The notes: generated by a model not told the origin, from the letters alone. Shown: positions 10,495 through 22,564, counted from the first letter of the stretch. The stretch is DNA of 64,000 bases from Candidatus Latescibacterota bacterium (GCA_963707635.1 OY970173.1:1728001-1792000), one strand, 5' to 3'. Numbers and translations: made by a program.

Positions 10495-11951
10495 GCCTCG
10501 CCGCCCTTTCGATCGCCCAGCTGCGTACGCGCCTGGCGGCGGGCGAGGTGAGCCCGGTCGAGGTGTGCGACGACGCGCTCGCCACCATCGCCGCGCGCGA
10601 CGGCGGTATCCACGCGTTCCTCGACGTGCACGCCGAGGCAGCCCGGCGCCGGGCGAAGGAGCTCACGGCGTCGGGCGAGTTTCGCCGCCTGCCGCTGGGC
10701 GGCATCCCGGTTGCGATCAAGGACAACATCTGCATCCAGGGGACGCGCACCACCTGCGGGTCGAAGATCCTGGGGGACTACCGTCCGCCCTACACCGCCA
10801 CCGTCATCGAGCGCCTGCGCGCCGCCGGCGCCGTCGTGGTCGGCAAGACCAACCTCGACGAGTTCGCGATGGGCTCGTCCACGGAGAATTCCGCGTTCGG
10901 TCCGACGTGCAACCCGTGGGATCTCTCCCGCGCTCCCGGCGGCTCCAGCGGCGGCTCGGCTGCGGCGGTTGCGTCGGGTATGGCAGCCGCGGCGCTCGGG
11001 AGCGACACCGGTGGGTCGATCCGTCAGCCCGCGAGCTTCTGCGGCGTACTCGGTGTGAAGCCGACGTACGGGAGAGTCTCGCGCTACGGGCTGGTGGCGT
11101 TCGCCAGCTCGCTCGACCAGATCGGCCCGTTTACGCGCACGGTGGAAGACGCCGCGCTCATGCTGAACGCGATGTGCGGGAAGGACCCGCGCGACGCCAC
11201 CAGCGCCAACGCACCCGTGCCCGATTTCACCGCCCTGCTGGGCGAAGGCTTGCGCGGCCTCAAAGTCGGCGTGCCGTGGGCGTTTCTCGGCGCCCACATC
11301 GACCCGGCGGTGCGCGCGGCGTTCGACACGATCGTGGACGCGGTGCGACGCCAAGGCGCGGCGGTCGAAGAGGTGGCGCTTCCACACGCGGACTACGGCC
11401 TCGCGGCCTACTACATCGTCGCCAACGCGGAGGCGAGCGCCAACCTGGCCCGCTTCGACGGAGTGCGCTACGGGCACCGCGCGCCGGAGGCGAAGAGCCT
11501 CTACGACATGTACACGCACACGCGCCGCGAAGGGTTCGGCGCGGAGGTCAAGCGGCGTGTGTTCCTGGGGACGTACGTGTTGAGCGCCGGATACTACGAC
11601 GCGTACTACCATCGCGCGCTCCAGGTGCGCACGCTGATCATCCGGGATTTCGCCGCCGCGTTCGAGCGCTGCGACGTGGTCATGCTGCCGACGGCGCCGA
11701 CGCCCGCGTTCGCGCTGGGCGAGAAGACCGACGATCCCATTCTCATGTACCTGAACGACGTGTTCACGATTCCCGTGAATCTCGCGGGCCTGCCGGGGCT
11801 GTCGCTTCCGGCCGCGAAGTCGCCCGAAGGGCTCCCGATCGGCGTCCAGCTGATCGGGCGCGCATTCGACGAGGCCACCCTGCTGCGCGCGGCAGCCGGG
11901 GTGGAACGGGTCGCGGAGTTTCCGACCGGCGCGGTGGCGCCGGCGAAGTAG
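10491..11951 (+). CDS. gatA: Amidotransferase subunit A
   Basis: GTG start overlapping gatC stop; amidase signature GKTNLDEFAMGSS, PGGSSGGS, GSDTGGSIRQPAS. Confidence 0.95.
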   Translation: MSLAALSIAQLRTRLAAGEVSPVEVCDDALATIAARDGGIHAFLDVHAEAARRRAKELTASGEFRRLPLGGIPVAIKDNICIQGTRTTCGSKILGDYRPPYTATVIERLRAAGAVVVGKTNLDEFAMGSSTENSAFGPTCNPWDLSRAPGGSSGGSAAAVASGMAAAALGSDTGGSIRQPASFCGVLGVKPTYGRVSRYGLVAFASSLDQIGPFTRTVEDAALMLNAMCGKDPRDATSANAPVPDFTALLGEGLRGLKVGVPWAFLGAHIDPAVRAAFDTIVDAVRRQGAAVEEVALPHADYGLAAYYIVANAEASANLARFDGVRYGHRAPEAKSLYDMYTHTRREGFGAEVKRRVFLGTYVLSAGYYDAYYHRALQVRTLIIRDFAAAFERCDVVMLPTAPTPAFALGEKTDDPILMYLNDVFTIPVNLAGLPGLSLPAAKSPEGLPIGVQLIGRAFDEATLLRAAAGVERVAEFPTGAVAPAK

Positions 11952-11960
11952 GGCAAAGAC

Positions 11961-13394
11961 GTGTCGCGCTACGAAGCGGTTATTGGTCTCGAAGTCCACG
12001 CGCAACTCCTCACCCGGAGTAAGATGTTCTGCGGGTGCTCGGCGGCGTTTGGCGGCTCGCCCAACACCCATGTCTGTCCCGTGTGCCTCGGGCTTCCCGG
12101 CGCGCTGCCGGTGGCGAACGCCCGCGCGGTCGAGTTCGCGGTGCGCATGGGCCTCGCCACCGGGTGCGAAATTGCAAACGAGAGCATTTTCGCGCGCAAG
12201 AACTACTTCTATCCCGACTGCCCGAAGAACTATCAGATTTCGCAGTTCGATACGCCGCTGTGCGCGCACGGACACCTCGACCTCGACGGCGGTACCAAGC
12301 GCATCCGCATCCGTCGCGTGCACCTCGAAGAGGACGCCGGCAAGCTCGTCCACGTGGACGGCACCGACTCCAGCCTGGTCGACATGAACCGCAGCGGTGT
12401 CCCGCTGATCGAAATCGTGAGCGAACCCGATATTCGCACGCCCCACGAGGCGAGCCAGTACCTGCAGAAGCTGCGCGCGCTGGTCCGCTACCTGGAGATC
12501 TGCGACGGCAACATGGAAGAGGGAAGCCTGCGCTGCGACGTGAACGTCTCGCTGCGCAGGACCGGCGCGGCCGAGCTCGGGGTCAAGACCGAGGTCAAGA
12601 ATCTCAATTCGTTCAAGCAGGTGGAGCAGGCGCTCGAGTTCGAGTTCGAGCGGCAGGCGAAGATCCTCGACGAGGGAGGACGCGTCAGCCAGGACACGCT
12701 CTTGTGGGACCCGGCGCACGGACGCGCGGCGGTGATGCGCAGCAAGGAAGAGGCGCACGACTACCGGTACTTCCCGGAGCCGGACCTGCGCGTGCTGCGC
12801 GTGGACGAATCGACCGTCGCGCGCGTGCGCGGCGATCTTCCCGAGCTCCCGGCCGCGAAGCGGTCGCGCTTCGAGTCGCAGTACCACCTCCCCGCCTACG
12901 ACGCCGGCGTTCTCACCGGCTCGCGCGACCTGGCGGACTACTATGAGGAAGTGGTGGCGGCGGGCGCCGATCCGAAGGCCGCGAGTAACTGGGTGATGGG
13001 GGAAGTGTTGCGCGAGTTGAACGAACGCAAGCTGGAGATCCGGGACCTGTCGCTCGGCGCGCGCAGTCTTGCCGAACTCGCGGTCCTGCAGGCGACGGGG
13101 CGAGTGAATTCGTCGACGGCCAAGGAAGTGTTCCAGGAGATGCTGAGCAGCAGGAAGAGCGCGGCGGCCATTGTCGCCGAGCGCGGCCTCGAGCAGGTCA
13201 ACGACGACGACACCATCAAGACAGAAGCCCGCGCGGTTCTCGACGAGAACCCCGACGAAGTGGCCCGCTACCTCGCCGGCAAAGAGCAGCTGCTCCAGTT
13301 CTTCGTCGGCCAGCTCATGAAACGTACGCGTGGCAAGGCGAACCCGAAGATCGCCACGGAGATCGTGAAGGCACTGCTCTCGGAGCGGCGATAG
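11961..13394 (+). CDS. gatB: Amidotransferase subunit B
   Basis: IGLEVHAQL, RKNYFYPD, HLEEDAGK, DYRYFPEPDL, C-terminal YqeY-like domain. Confidence 0.97.
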   Translation: MSRYEAVIGLEVHAQLLTRSKMFCGCSAAFGGSPNTHVCPVCLGLPGALPVANARAVEFAVRMGLATGCEIANESIFARKNYFYPDCPKNYQISQFDTPLCAHGHLDLDGGTKRIRIRRVHLEEDAGKLVHVDGTDSSLVDMNRSGVPLIEIVSEPDIRTPHEASQYLQKLRALVRYLEICDGNMEEGSLRCDVNVSLRRTGAAELGVKTEVKNLNSFKQVEQALEFEFERQAKILDEGGRVSQDTLLWDPAHGRAAVMRSKEEAHDYRYFPEPDLRVLRVDESTVARVRGDLPELPAAKRSRFESQYHLPAYDAGVLTGSRDLADYYEEVVAAGADPKAASNWVMGEVLRELNERKLEIRDLSLGARSLAELAVLQATGRVNSSTAKEVFQEMLSSRKSAAAIVAERGLEQVNDDDTIKTEARAVLDENPDEVARYLAGKEQLLQFFVGQLMKRTRGKANPKIATEIVKALLSERR

Positions 13395-13415
13395 CCCTCA
13401 CGGCGGAGGCCTCGA

Positions 13416-13914
13416 ATGAGCACGACAGAGAGCTTCGTCCGACAGCAGGGATTCGACGGACAGCCCCCAGACCTGCACGTCCCGATACCCGGCCTTGATG
13501 TGGCAGCCGCGCGTGATCGGGATACTGGTCCTGATTGGTCTGGTGCTTCAGTCCGCGCTCTACTTTCTGGCTCTCGGTGCAATCCTGTGGTGGAACGCGC
13601 TCTTGCCGACGCCTGAATCTATTTGACGCGCTGTACAATCGCCTGGTGGCGCGGCCGAAGGGACTGCTGCAGCTGAGCCCGGCTCCCGGACCCCGCCGCT
13701 TTTCGCAAGGCATGGCGGGAACGTTCATGCTCACGATCGGGCTCGTCGCTTCATTTCGGCGGAGAACACGCTGGCGTGGGTCTTCGAGGGGCTGCTGGTC
13801 GTTGCGCTCGCGGCGCTGGTCTTTGGCCGTTTTTGCGCGGGTTCGTATGTCTTTCTGCTTCTCACCGGACAGCTCGGTTCGGCGAAGCGAATGGAAAGCG
13901 AAACGAAAGGATGA
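13416..13914 (+). pseudogene. DUF4395-like membrane protein broken by at least 3 frameshifts (pseudogene or consensus error)
   Basis: Pieces in successive frames: SFVRQQGF / YPALMWQPRVIGILVLIGLVLQS...WWNALLP / RLNLFDALYN...PRRFSQGMAG / AWVFEGLLVVALAALVFGRFCAGS. Confidence 0.6.
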
Positions 13915-13920
13915 CGGACG

Positions 13921-14946
13921 ATGATGACCCGTCGTAGCAAGGCTCTGCTCCTGGTGCCGATGGTGCTCGTATTGGGAGTGCGCGTCCGAGGCGAAGGATC
14001 GACCCTCCCATCATTGATATGCACCTCCACGCGCTTGCGGCCGATGAGACAGGGACCGCCGCCGGTTGGGATCTGCGCCCCGTTCGAAGAGATTCCGACG
14101 TGGGACCCGTCGCGGCCCTGGGGCGAAGCGTTCATGGCAATCACCAGGCAGCCCCCGTGCAAGGATCCGATCTGGTCGCCGATGACAGATGAGTTGTTAA
14201 TGACGCAGACGATCGAGGTCATGAAGAGATGGAACATTGTCGGCGTCCTCGGCGGCACGCCGGAACGGGTGGCCACGTGGATGAAAGCGGCCCCGGGATT
14301 GTTTTTTCCAGGCTGCGACTTCGTGCTCGGTCCCGATGCGCCGTCGCCTGACTCATTGCGGGCCTTGCACAGCGCCGGCCGGCTCGCGGTGCTCGCAGAA
14401 GTCATGAACCAGTACGACGGCATCGCTCCGGGCGACGAGCGGATGGAGCCGTACTGGGCGCTTGCGGAGGAGTTGGACATTCCGGTGGGCATCCACGTCG
14501 GCCCCGGCCCGCCGGGCGTGATCTATCTCGGCGCGACCGGCTACCGTGCCAGCGCCAGCAGCGCATTGACGCTGGAGGACGTGCTCGCGCGCCACCCGCG
14601 CCTGCGCGTGTACATCATGCACGCCGGTTTCCCCATGCTCGACGACCTCCTCGCCGTGTTGTACGCGCACCCGCAGGTGTACGTGGACGTGGGGGTCATT
14701 GTGTTCACCGCGCCTCGGGCCATGTTCTACCGCTACCTCCAGGACATCATGGACGCGGGATTCGGGAAGCGAGTGATGTTCGGTTCGGACCAGATGGTGT
14801 GGCCGGAGGCGATCGAACGGTCGATTGCGACCATCGAGGAGGCGCCCTTCCTGAGCAAGAGCCAGAAACGCGACATCTTCTATAGCAACGCGGCTCGCTT
14901 CCTGCGGCTCAGCCCCGAAGCGATCGCGGAGCATCACCAGCAGTGA
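13921..14946 (+). CDS. Amidohydrolase family 2 protein; N-terminal HxH motif lies in another frame
   Basis: ELDIPVGIH, HPRLRVYIMHAG, RVMFGSDQ; IIDMHLH encoded at 14010-14030 in a shifted frame. Confidence 0.85.
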   Translation: MMTRRSKALLLVPMVLVLGVRVRGEGSTLPSLICTSTRLRPMRQGPPPVGICAPFEEIPTWDPSRPWGEAFMAITRQPPCKDPIWSPMTDELLMTQTIEVMKRWNIVGVLGGTPERVATWMKAAPGLFFPGCDFVLGPDAPSPDSLRALHSAGRLAVLAEVMNQYDGIAPGDERMEPYWALAEELDIPVGIHVGPGPPGVIYLGATGYRASASSALTLEDVLARHPRLRVYIMHAGFPMLDDLLAVLYAHPQVYVDVGVIVFTAPRAMFYRYLQDIMDAGFGKRVMFGSDQMVWPEAIERSIATIEEAPFLSKSQKRDIFYSNAARFLRLSPEAIAEHHQQ

Positions 14947-16491
14947 GAACCAGAGCTCGGGTTGCCGCTTGCGCTGCTATCCTGGCCGGCCTCGCGCTGG
15001 TCATACCGGCTCGGACCGCTTCGAGCCAGGAGAGCAAGCGATCTGAAGGCGACGCGTCTCGAAGCCGGCACACAACGCTGGCCGACGCCGCTGCGCGCCA
15101 GCGCTTCCTGGAGAGGTTCGCCCGGGCATACTTTCCCGGGCGGACAGGACAACTTATGTTCGTCCCGCGAGAGGGGGACTTCATCACGCGGCCTGACCCG
15201 GACGTGGCATTCATGCACGGTTCGCCGTGGGCGTATGACGTCTCGATTCCGTTGATGTTCGTGGGCCCTGCAGTGAGGCGGGGAGTGTACACGGTGCCGG
15301 TTGTGCAGCAGGACGTTGCGCCCACACTGGCAACCGCGCTTGGCGTCTCCATGCCCCCGACCGCGACCGGCCTCGTATTGCCGGTTTTCCGCGCCGGTTT
15401 TGCTCGACCGCGAGTCGTCATGCTGCTCGTCCTGGATGGCATGCGCCGGGATTACTTCGACCGTTACCAGGCAGTCCATGCCAACGCTCGACGCCATGCG
15501 CCGGCGCGGTGCCTGGTTCAACCAGGCGCGGGTTAACGTTCTCCCGAGCAACACGGCGGTTGGGCACTCGACCATCTCCACGGGAGCCGATCCCCGCGTG
15601 CACGGAATCACCGGCGTCAGCGTGTACGACCGCGTGCACCGCGAGCGCCACGACATGTTCGCCGGAGGGACGCCGCACGACTTGATGGCATTGACGCTGG
15701 CGGACGTCTGGCAGCTCGCGACGGCCGGCCGCGCGATCATACTGGCGCAGGGCAGCATCGACCGAGCCGCGACGCCGCTCGCGGGGCATGGGGCGTGTCA
15801 GCTGAATGGAACGCCGATCGTGCTCGCCTACTACGATCAGCGGACGGGTGAGTGGAACACGAACCCCGACTGTTTCCGCCTGCCTCCATATCTGAAGGAT
15901 CGAAATTCGAAGACACTGTGGCCTGCCGACGGAGAATGGATGGGCCACAAGATCGACTCACCCATCGCGGTGCGCTATTCGGCTCTGTTTCCCGCCTTCG
16001 AAGCCGATGCAACGATCGCGATGATTGAGCGCGAGCCCGTGGGCGAAGACGATGTGACGGATCTTATCTTGCTCAACTACAAGTGCGCGGACTTCGTGGG
16101 CCACAAGTACGGCCCGGATTCAGATGAGCTCCGCGCCACCCTCGGCGAAATCGACCGGCAGCTGGTGCGGGTGCTGAGCGCACTGGAGGCAAAGGTTGGC
16201 AGTGATTATCTCCTCGCCGTGACCGCGGACCATGGCATGCCGTCGGAGCCGTCGTCGCCGGACCGGCGGCACTTCGCGCCGTCGATCGTGGACCTGTTGC
16301 ACGAGAAGTTCGATCCGGACGCGAAGCAGCTGATCACCTCGTTCGAAGTGGAAAACTGCCAGATCTACGTCGATATGAACCGACTGTCGGTTCTCGGCCT
16401 GACGTTGCGCGACCTGGCCCACTTCCTCGAGTCGCAGCCATTCCTGTTCGCGGTGTTCACCGAAGACGACGTGCGCCGACTTGCCTGGTAA
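14943..16491 (+). CDS. PafA/PhoK-type alkaline phosphatase superfamily protein, circularly permuted; frameshift near 15470
   Basis: Signal peptide; HGSPWAYD and DVAPTLA; LVLDGMR; NTAVGHSTISTG; DFVGHKYGP; VTADHG. Joins ORFs 14943..15536 and 15301..16491. Confidence 0.8.
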
Positions 16492-16650
16492 CGCGGTGGA
16501 CGCACTGACAACCGCGTAACCCGCTTCAAAAAATTCCGTCTTGAGCACCGAGTTCCTTGAACTCCACGCCGCACGCGTGCTATCGTGCCGCTCGTTCGAT
16601 CCCGCCATTCCACCGGCAACGAATGGGGACGATGGGAGGAGGATGTGAGG

Positions 16651-17280
16651 ATGAAGTACGTTGCCTTTTTTCTTTGTGGGGTTCTTTTCCTGATGACGCT
16701 GGCGAGCGCCGGCGTTGCCCAGGTCCGCTTGAACGAGATTCTCGCCGACCCCGGCACCGACTGGAACGGTGACGGGACCGTCGATTCGAAGCTCGACGAG
16801 TGGATCGAGATCGCCAACATCGGTACGTCCGCGATCGACCTCGCGAACTATCGCCTCTCCGATGCGTCGGCGGGCACCACGTTTCGATTCGCCCTGTCGG
16901 GAACCCTCGCCCCGGGTCAGGTACGCGTGTACTTCGGCTCGGACGCGGTGGCCTGGCAGGCGGCGAGCGGCATCGGCCAGCTGGGGTTCAGTCTCAACAA
17001 CGCGGGCGATTCCGTGTTCCTCTACGAAGTCGACGGCGCCGAGGCGAACGTGGCCGACTCGCGCACCTACGCGGCGGCGGAAGTGCTCGACGATCGCTCC
17101 AACGGCCGCAACCCGAGCGGGAGCGGCGACTGGGTGATCTTCGACGGGCTCAACCCGTACAAGGGGGCGCAGCCCCCGGTCGCGACGGGTTGTGCGCCGA
17201 CGCCCGGGTCGACGGCCGCGTGTCCGACGGCGACGCAGGCGTCCACGTGGGGGCGCGTGAAGTCGCTGTACCGTAGCTAG
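16651..17280 (+). CDS. Secreted lamin-tail-domain protein with C-terminal TWGRVKSLY motif
   Basis: GGAGGAGG upstream; signal peptide; VRLNEILADP, DEWIEIAN, LNNAGDSV, TPG. Confidence 0.8.
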   Translation: MKYVAFFLCGVLFLMTLASAGVAQVRLNEILADPGTDWNGDGTVDSKLDEWIEIANIGTSAIDLANYRLSDASAGTTFRFALSGTLAPGQVRVYFGSDAVAWQAASGIGQLGFSLNNAGDSVFLYEVDGAEANVADSRTYAAAEVLDDRSNGRNPSGSGDWVIFDGLNPYKGAQPPVATGCAPTPGSTAACPTATQASTWGRVKSLYRS

Positions 17281-17382
17281 AGCCAATCAACGTTTCAATG
17301 TAACCGGTCCCCAGCGTTGCCGGTGGAGGGTGGGATCGGCGTTGACAGGCCCGCGCGTGATGGAGTAACTTCCATCCCGATA

Positions 17383-18352
17383 ATGAGTTCTAACGATCTA
17401 ATCCAGCGCTTTCTGGCCGGGGAGGTGCTCGCGGCGGCGCGGGTCCTCTCGATTGTCGAGCGCGGGGGGGGCGATGCGGAGCGCGTGCTCGACGCGCTCT
17501 TTCCGCGCACCGGCCGGGCCTACCGCGTCGCCGTGACTGGCGCCGGCGGGGCCGGAAAGAGCACGCTCGCCAACGCGCTGACCCGCCGGTTTCGCGCGAA
17601 AGCAGTCACAGTCGGCGTCGTCGCGGAGGATCCGTCGAGCCCGTTCTCGGGCGGCGCCGTGCTCGGGGACCGGGTGCGCATGACGAACGCGGTCGGCGAT
17701 GCCGGCGTGTTCGTTCGCTCGATCGCGAGCCGCGGGAGCGAATCGGGACTCTCCGCCCTGGCCTGCGAGCTGGCCGACGTCCTCGACGCGTTCGGCCGCG
17801 ACGTCATTCTGCTGGAGTCGATGGGCGTGGGGCAGGTCGAGACCCGGATTCGTTTCACCGCTGACACTGTGATCGTGGTTCTCACGCCGGAGGGCGGCGA
17901 CGAAGTGCAGAGCCTCAAGGCCGGGCTGCTCGAAGTGGCCGACGTGATCGTGGTGAACAAGTCCGACCGGCCCGGCGCCGACGAATTCGCGGCCGACTTG
18001 ACGGCGATGGTGGGGCTGCGCGACGCGAGCGCCGACGGCTGGACGGTGCCGGTGGTGTCGACCACCGCGCGGCGCGACGAGACCCTGGACGCGCTCGCCG
18101 AAACCATCGCGCGACACCGCGCGCATATCGATGCCAACGGCCGCCGCGATGCGCGCCGGCGCGAGGCGCTGCGCGCGCGTATCCGCCTCCTGCGTAGAAG
18201 AAGACCTGCGGGCGTCCACGCGCCAAAGCGCTACCCTGCGCGATCGGTTTGATGGTATCTTTGAACGCGTGACCGCCGGTGCGATTTCCCCCTATCGGGC
18301 CGCGCGGGAACTGGGCGAGTTCTTGAAGGCAGAGGTCCGCGCGTCGCGGTGA
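17383..18352 (+). CDS. meaB: Methylmalonyl-CoA mutase-associated GTPase MeaB/ArgK; frameshift near 18193
   Basis: [44 protein letters not shown]-terminal 'SPYRAARE' in +1 frame. Confidence 0.9.
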
Positions 18353-18356
18353 ACCC

Positions 18357-18770
18357 ATGAATCGACCGATCAAGGTGCTCATCGCCAAGCCCGGCCTGGA
18401 CGGGCACGACCGCGGGGCCAAAGTGATCGCCAATGCGCTACGCGACGCCGGCATGGAAGTCGTCTACACCGGACTGCACCAGACCCCGGAGATGATCGTG
18501 GAGGCGGCGGTTCAGGAAGACGTCGACGTGGTGTCGGTGAGCATTCTCTCCGGAGCGCACATGACGCTCATCCCGAGGATTCGCGAATTGATGAACGCCG
18601 CGGGGCTGGGGGAAGTAAAACTGATCGCCGGCGGCATCATCCCCGAAGCCGACGCTACCGCTCTCAAGCAGCTCCCGGGCGTGGCCGCGATATTCGGACC
18701 CGGAACGCGCACGCAGGATGCGGTCGCGTTCATCGCGGGGTTGTTCCGCGACCGGGCGGCGCGGGCCTAG
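18357..18770 (+). CDS. Stand-alone cobalamin-binding subunit of methylmalonyl-CoA mutase
   Basis: [10 protein letters not shown] (DxHxxG), SILSGAH, GGIIP, FGPGT. Confidence 0.95.
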   Translation: MNRPIKVLIAKPGLDGHDRGAKVIANALRDAGMEVVYTGLHQTPEMIVEAAVQEDVDVVSVSILSGAHMTLIPRIRELMNAAGLGEVKLIAGGIIPEADATALKQLPGVAAIFGPGTRTQDAVAFIAGLFRDRAARA

Positions 18771-18807
18771 CCGAGCGCTGCACCCAACCAGACGATTTTG
18801 GAGTGAA

Positions 18808-19957
18808 ATGAACCCGCTGGTACTGACCGAAGAACAGCAGATGATTCAGGAGACCGCGCGGCGCTTCGCCGACACGGAGCTCGCCCCGCACGCTTCCGAG
18901 CTGGACCAGACGAGCGAGTTCCCGGTCGAGCGCTTCGCCATGATGGGCGAGCTCGGATTCATGGGGCTGGTGGTCCCCGTCGAGTACGGCGGCACCGGGA
19001 CCGACACCGTCTCGTATGCGATCGTGATCGAAGAGCTGGCGCGCGGGTGCGGCTCGACCGCACTCGGCGTGGCGGCGCACAACTCGCTTGCGTGCGGCCC
19101 CATCACCATGATGGGCAGCGAGGCGCAGAAGCGGCGCTACCTGCCGGAGCTGGCCAGCGGAAAAGCGATCGGGGCCTTCTGCCTCACCGAACCGCAGGCG
19201 GGAAGCGACGCCGCCAACACCCGGACCACGGCGGTGCGCAAGGGCGACAAGTATGTCCTCAACGGCACCAAGGTCTACGTCACCAACGGCGGGTGGGCGC
19301 GCTACCTGGTCGCCACCGCCGTGACCGACCCGTCGGCGGGTGCCGAAGGGCATCAGCGCATTCATCATCGAGAACGACTTTCCCGGGTTCGTCGTGGGGA
19401 CGAAGGAGAAGAAGCTGGGCCTGCGCGCGTCGGGCACCTTCGAGATCGTGTTCGACAACTGCGAGGTGCCGCGCGAGAACCTGCTGGGCGAAGAGGGCGG
19501 CGGTTTTCGCACCTTCATGAAGACACTCGAGGGCGGGCGCATCTCGATCGGGGCCTTCGCGCTGGGACTCGCGCGGGCCGCGATGGAGGCGGCGCTCTCG
19601 TTCGGGCGCGACCGCAAACAGTTCGATACCCGGATCGTCGATTTCCAGGCCACCCAGATGAAGATCGCCGACATGGCCACCGAGATCCACGCGGCGCGAT
19701 TGCTCATCCACGACGCCGCGCGCCGCAAGGACGCGGGCGAGGATTTCGCCCGCTACGCGTCGATGTGCAAGCTGTTCGCGTCCGAGATGGCGATGCGCGT
19801 CACCAACCAGGCCATCCAGATCCACGGCGGCTACGGCTACTGCCGCGAGTACCACGTGGAGCGCTATTATCGCGACGCCAAGCTCGCCGAGATCGGCGAG
19901 GGCACCAGCGAGATCCAGCGGATCATCATTGCGCGCAGCATCCTCAACGAACTTTGA
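18808..19957 (+). CDS. Short/branched-chain acyl-CoA dehydrogenase; frameshift near 19343
   Basis: [50 protein letters not shown]. Confidence 0.9.
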
Positions 19958-19977
19958 TAGAGGGAGACCACATCAGT

Positions 19978-21160
<1,183 letters not shown>

Positions 21161-21165
21161 TACCC

Positions 21166-21259
21166 GGGCCGCCGCGCAAGGTCCTCCGCTCATGCACTTC
21201 GCGCGCAATAGTTGAAAGCGCGCGTCGTGAAATCGCGTCGGACGCTTGCGCGGCGTCCC
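21166..21259. repeat. Nested-hairpin intergenic element, family B copy 1
   Basis: Outer IR GGGCCGCCGCGCAAG/CTTGCGCGGCGTCCC (14/15), inner CGCGCGC-N11-GCGCGCG; core shared with 40709-40801 in opposite orientation. Confidence 0.7.
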
Positions 21260-21283
21260 TGTCTTTGAAGCGGAAGGCCAAAC

Positions 21284-22144
21284 GTGTCAAAAATCGAACG
21301 AGTCTCCGTGATCGGCGCCGGTACCATGGGGGCCGGCATCGCGCAGGTGTTCGCGCACGCGGGTTGCGCGGTCAAGCTCATCGACGTCAATCCCGACCTC
21401 GTCAAACGCGGCGTGGCGACCATCGACACCAGCCTCGAGCGCATGGTGAAGAAGGAATTGATCACCGCCGCCCAGAAGAAGGACACACTCGGGCGCGTGC
21501 GCACCGACGTCGGACTCGACGGGACGACCGGCAGCGAACTGGTGGTCGAGGCGATCAACGAGAATGCCGACCTCAAGAAGCGCGTGTGGAAGGAAGTCGC
21601 GGCGCACGCGGGTGAGCAGGCGATTCTCGCCTCGAATACCTCGTCGATTTCCATCACCGAGCTGGCGTCCGCCGTCCCCGCGCCGCGCCGCTTCATCGGG
21701 ATGCACTTCATGAACCCGGTGCCGGTGATGAAGCTGGTCGAAGTAATCCGCGGGCTCGAGACCGACGACGCCACCACGACGACGACACTGGAGTTGTGCC
21801 GCGCGATGGGGAAGACGCCCGTCGAGGTGAACGACTATCCCGGCTTCGTTTCCAACCGCGTCCTGATGCCGATGATCAACGAGGCGGTCTTCTGCCTGAT
21901 GGAGGGCGTGGCGACGAAGGAAGCGATCGACGAGATAATGAAGCTCGGGATGGCGCACCCGATGGGGCCGCTCGCACTCGCGGACCTGATCGGCCTCGAC
22001 GTGTGCCTGTCCATCATGGAGGTCCTGCACCGCGACCTGGGCGACTCCAAGTACCGCCCGTGCCCGCTACTCAAGAAGATGGTGGCGGCGGGACGCTTGG
22101 GGAAGAAAACGAAGCGCGGGTTTTACGAATACGAGAAAGGGTAA
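21284..22144 (+). CDS. hbd: 3-hydroxybutyryl-CoA dehydrogenase 1
   Basis: [35 protein letters not shown]. Confidence 0.93.
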   Translation: MSKIERVSVIGAGTMGAGIAQVFAHAGCAVKLIDVNPDLVKRGVATIDTSLERMVKKELITAAQKKDTLGRVRTDVGLDGTTGSELVVEAINENADLKKRVWKEVAAHAGEQAILASNTSSISITELASAVPAPRRFIGMHFMNPVPVMKLVEVIRGLETDDATTTTTLELCRAMGKTPVEVNDYPGFVSNRVLMPMINEAVFCLMEGVATKEAIDEIMKLGMAHPMGPLALADLIGLDVCLSIMEVLHRDLGDSKYRPCPLLKKMVAAGRLGKKTKRGFYEYEKG

Positions 22145-22160
22145 TGCGCCCGCGGGGGGC

Positions 22161-22564
22161 CTACTTCCTCTTGTTCTCCACCAGCTCGCACAGCACCCGC
22201 CCCGTCGCCTTGGGATGAATGAAGGCGACCCGCGAACCCTGCTTGCCCGGCCGCGCCACCTGATCGATTAACGGCACGCCCTGCTCGCGCAGCAGCGCCA
22301 GCGCCTCGTCGATGTCCGCGACTTCGAGGGCCACGTGGTGCATGCCCGGCCCGCGTTCGGTGACAAACTTGGTGATCGGGGAGTCCGGCGTGATGCCCTG
22401 GACCAGCTCGATGGCGGTGCCGCCGGTGGCGAGGGTCGCGACGCGAACGCCGTAGCCCGGAATCTCCTCGCGGTGCACCGCCTTCATCCCGAACACGGTC
22501 GCGAACAGCGAAACCGCCGCGTCGAGGTCCGCCACGGCGATCGCGATGTGGTCGATGCCGCGGA

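Noticed and set aside
9144..11951. 935-aa ORF suggesting an extended GatA
   Set aside because: The upstream part overlaps pcrA and gatC off-frame; the real start is GTG 10491
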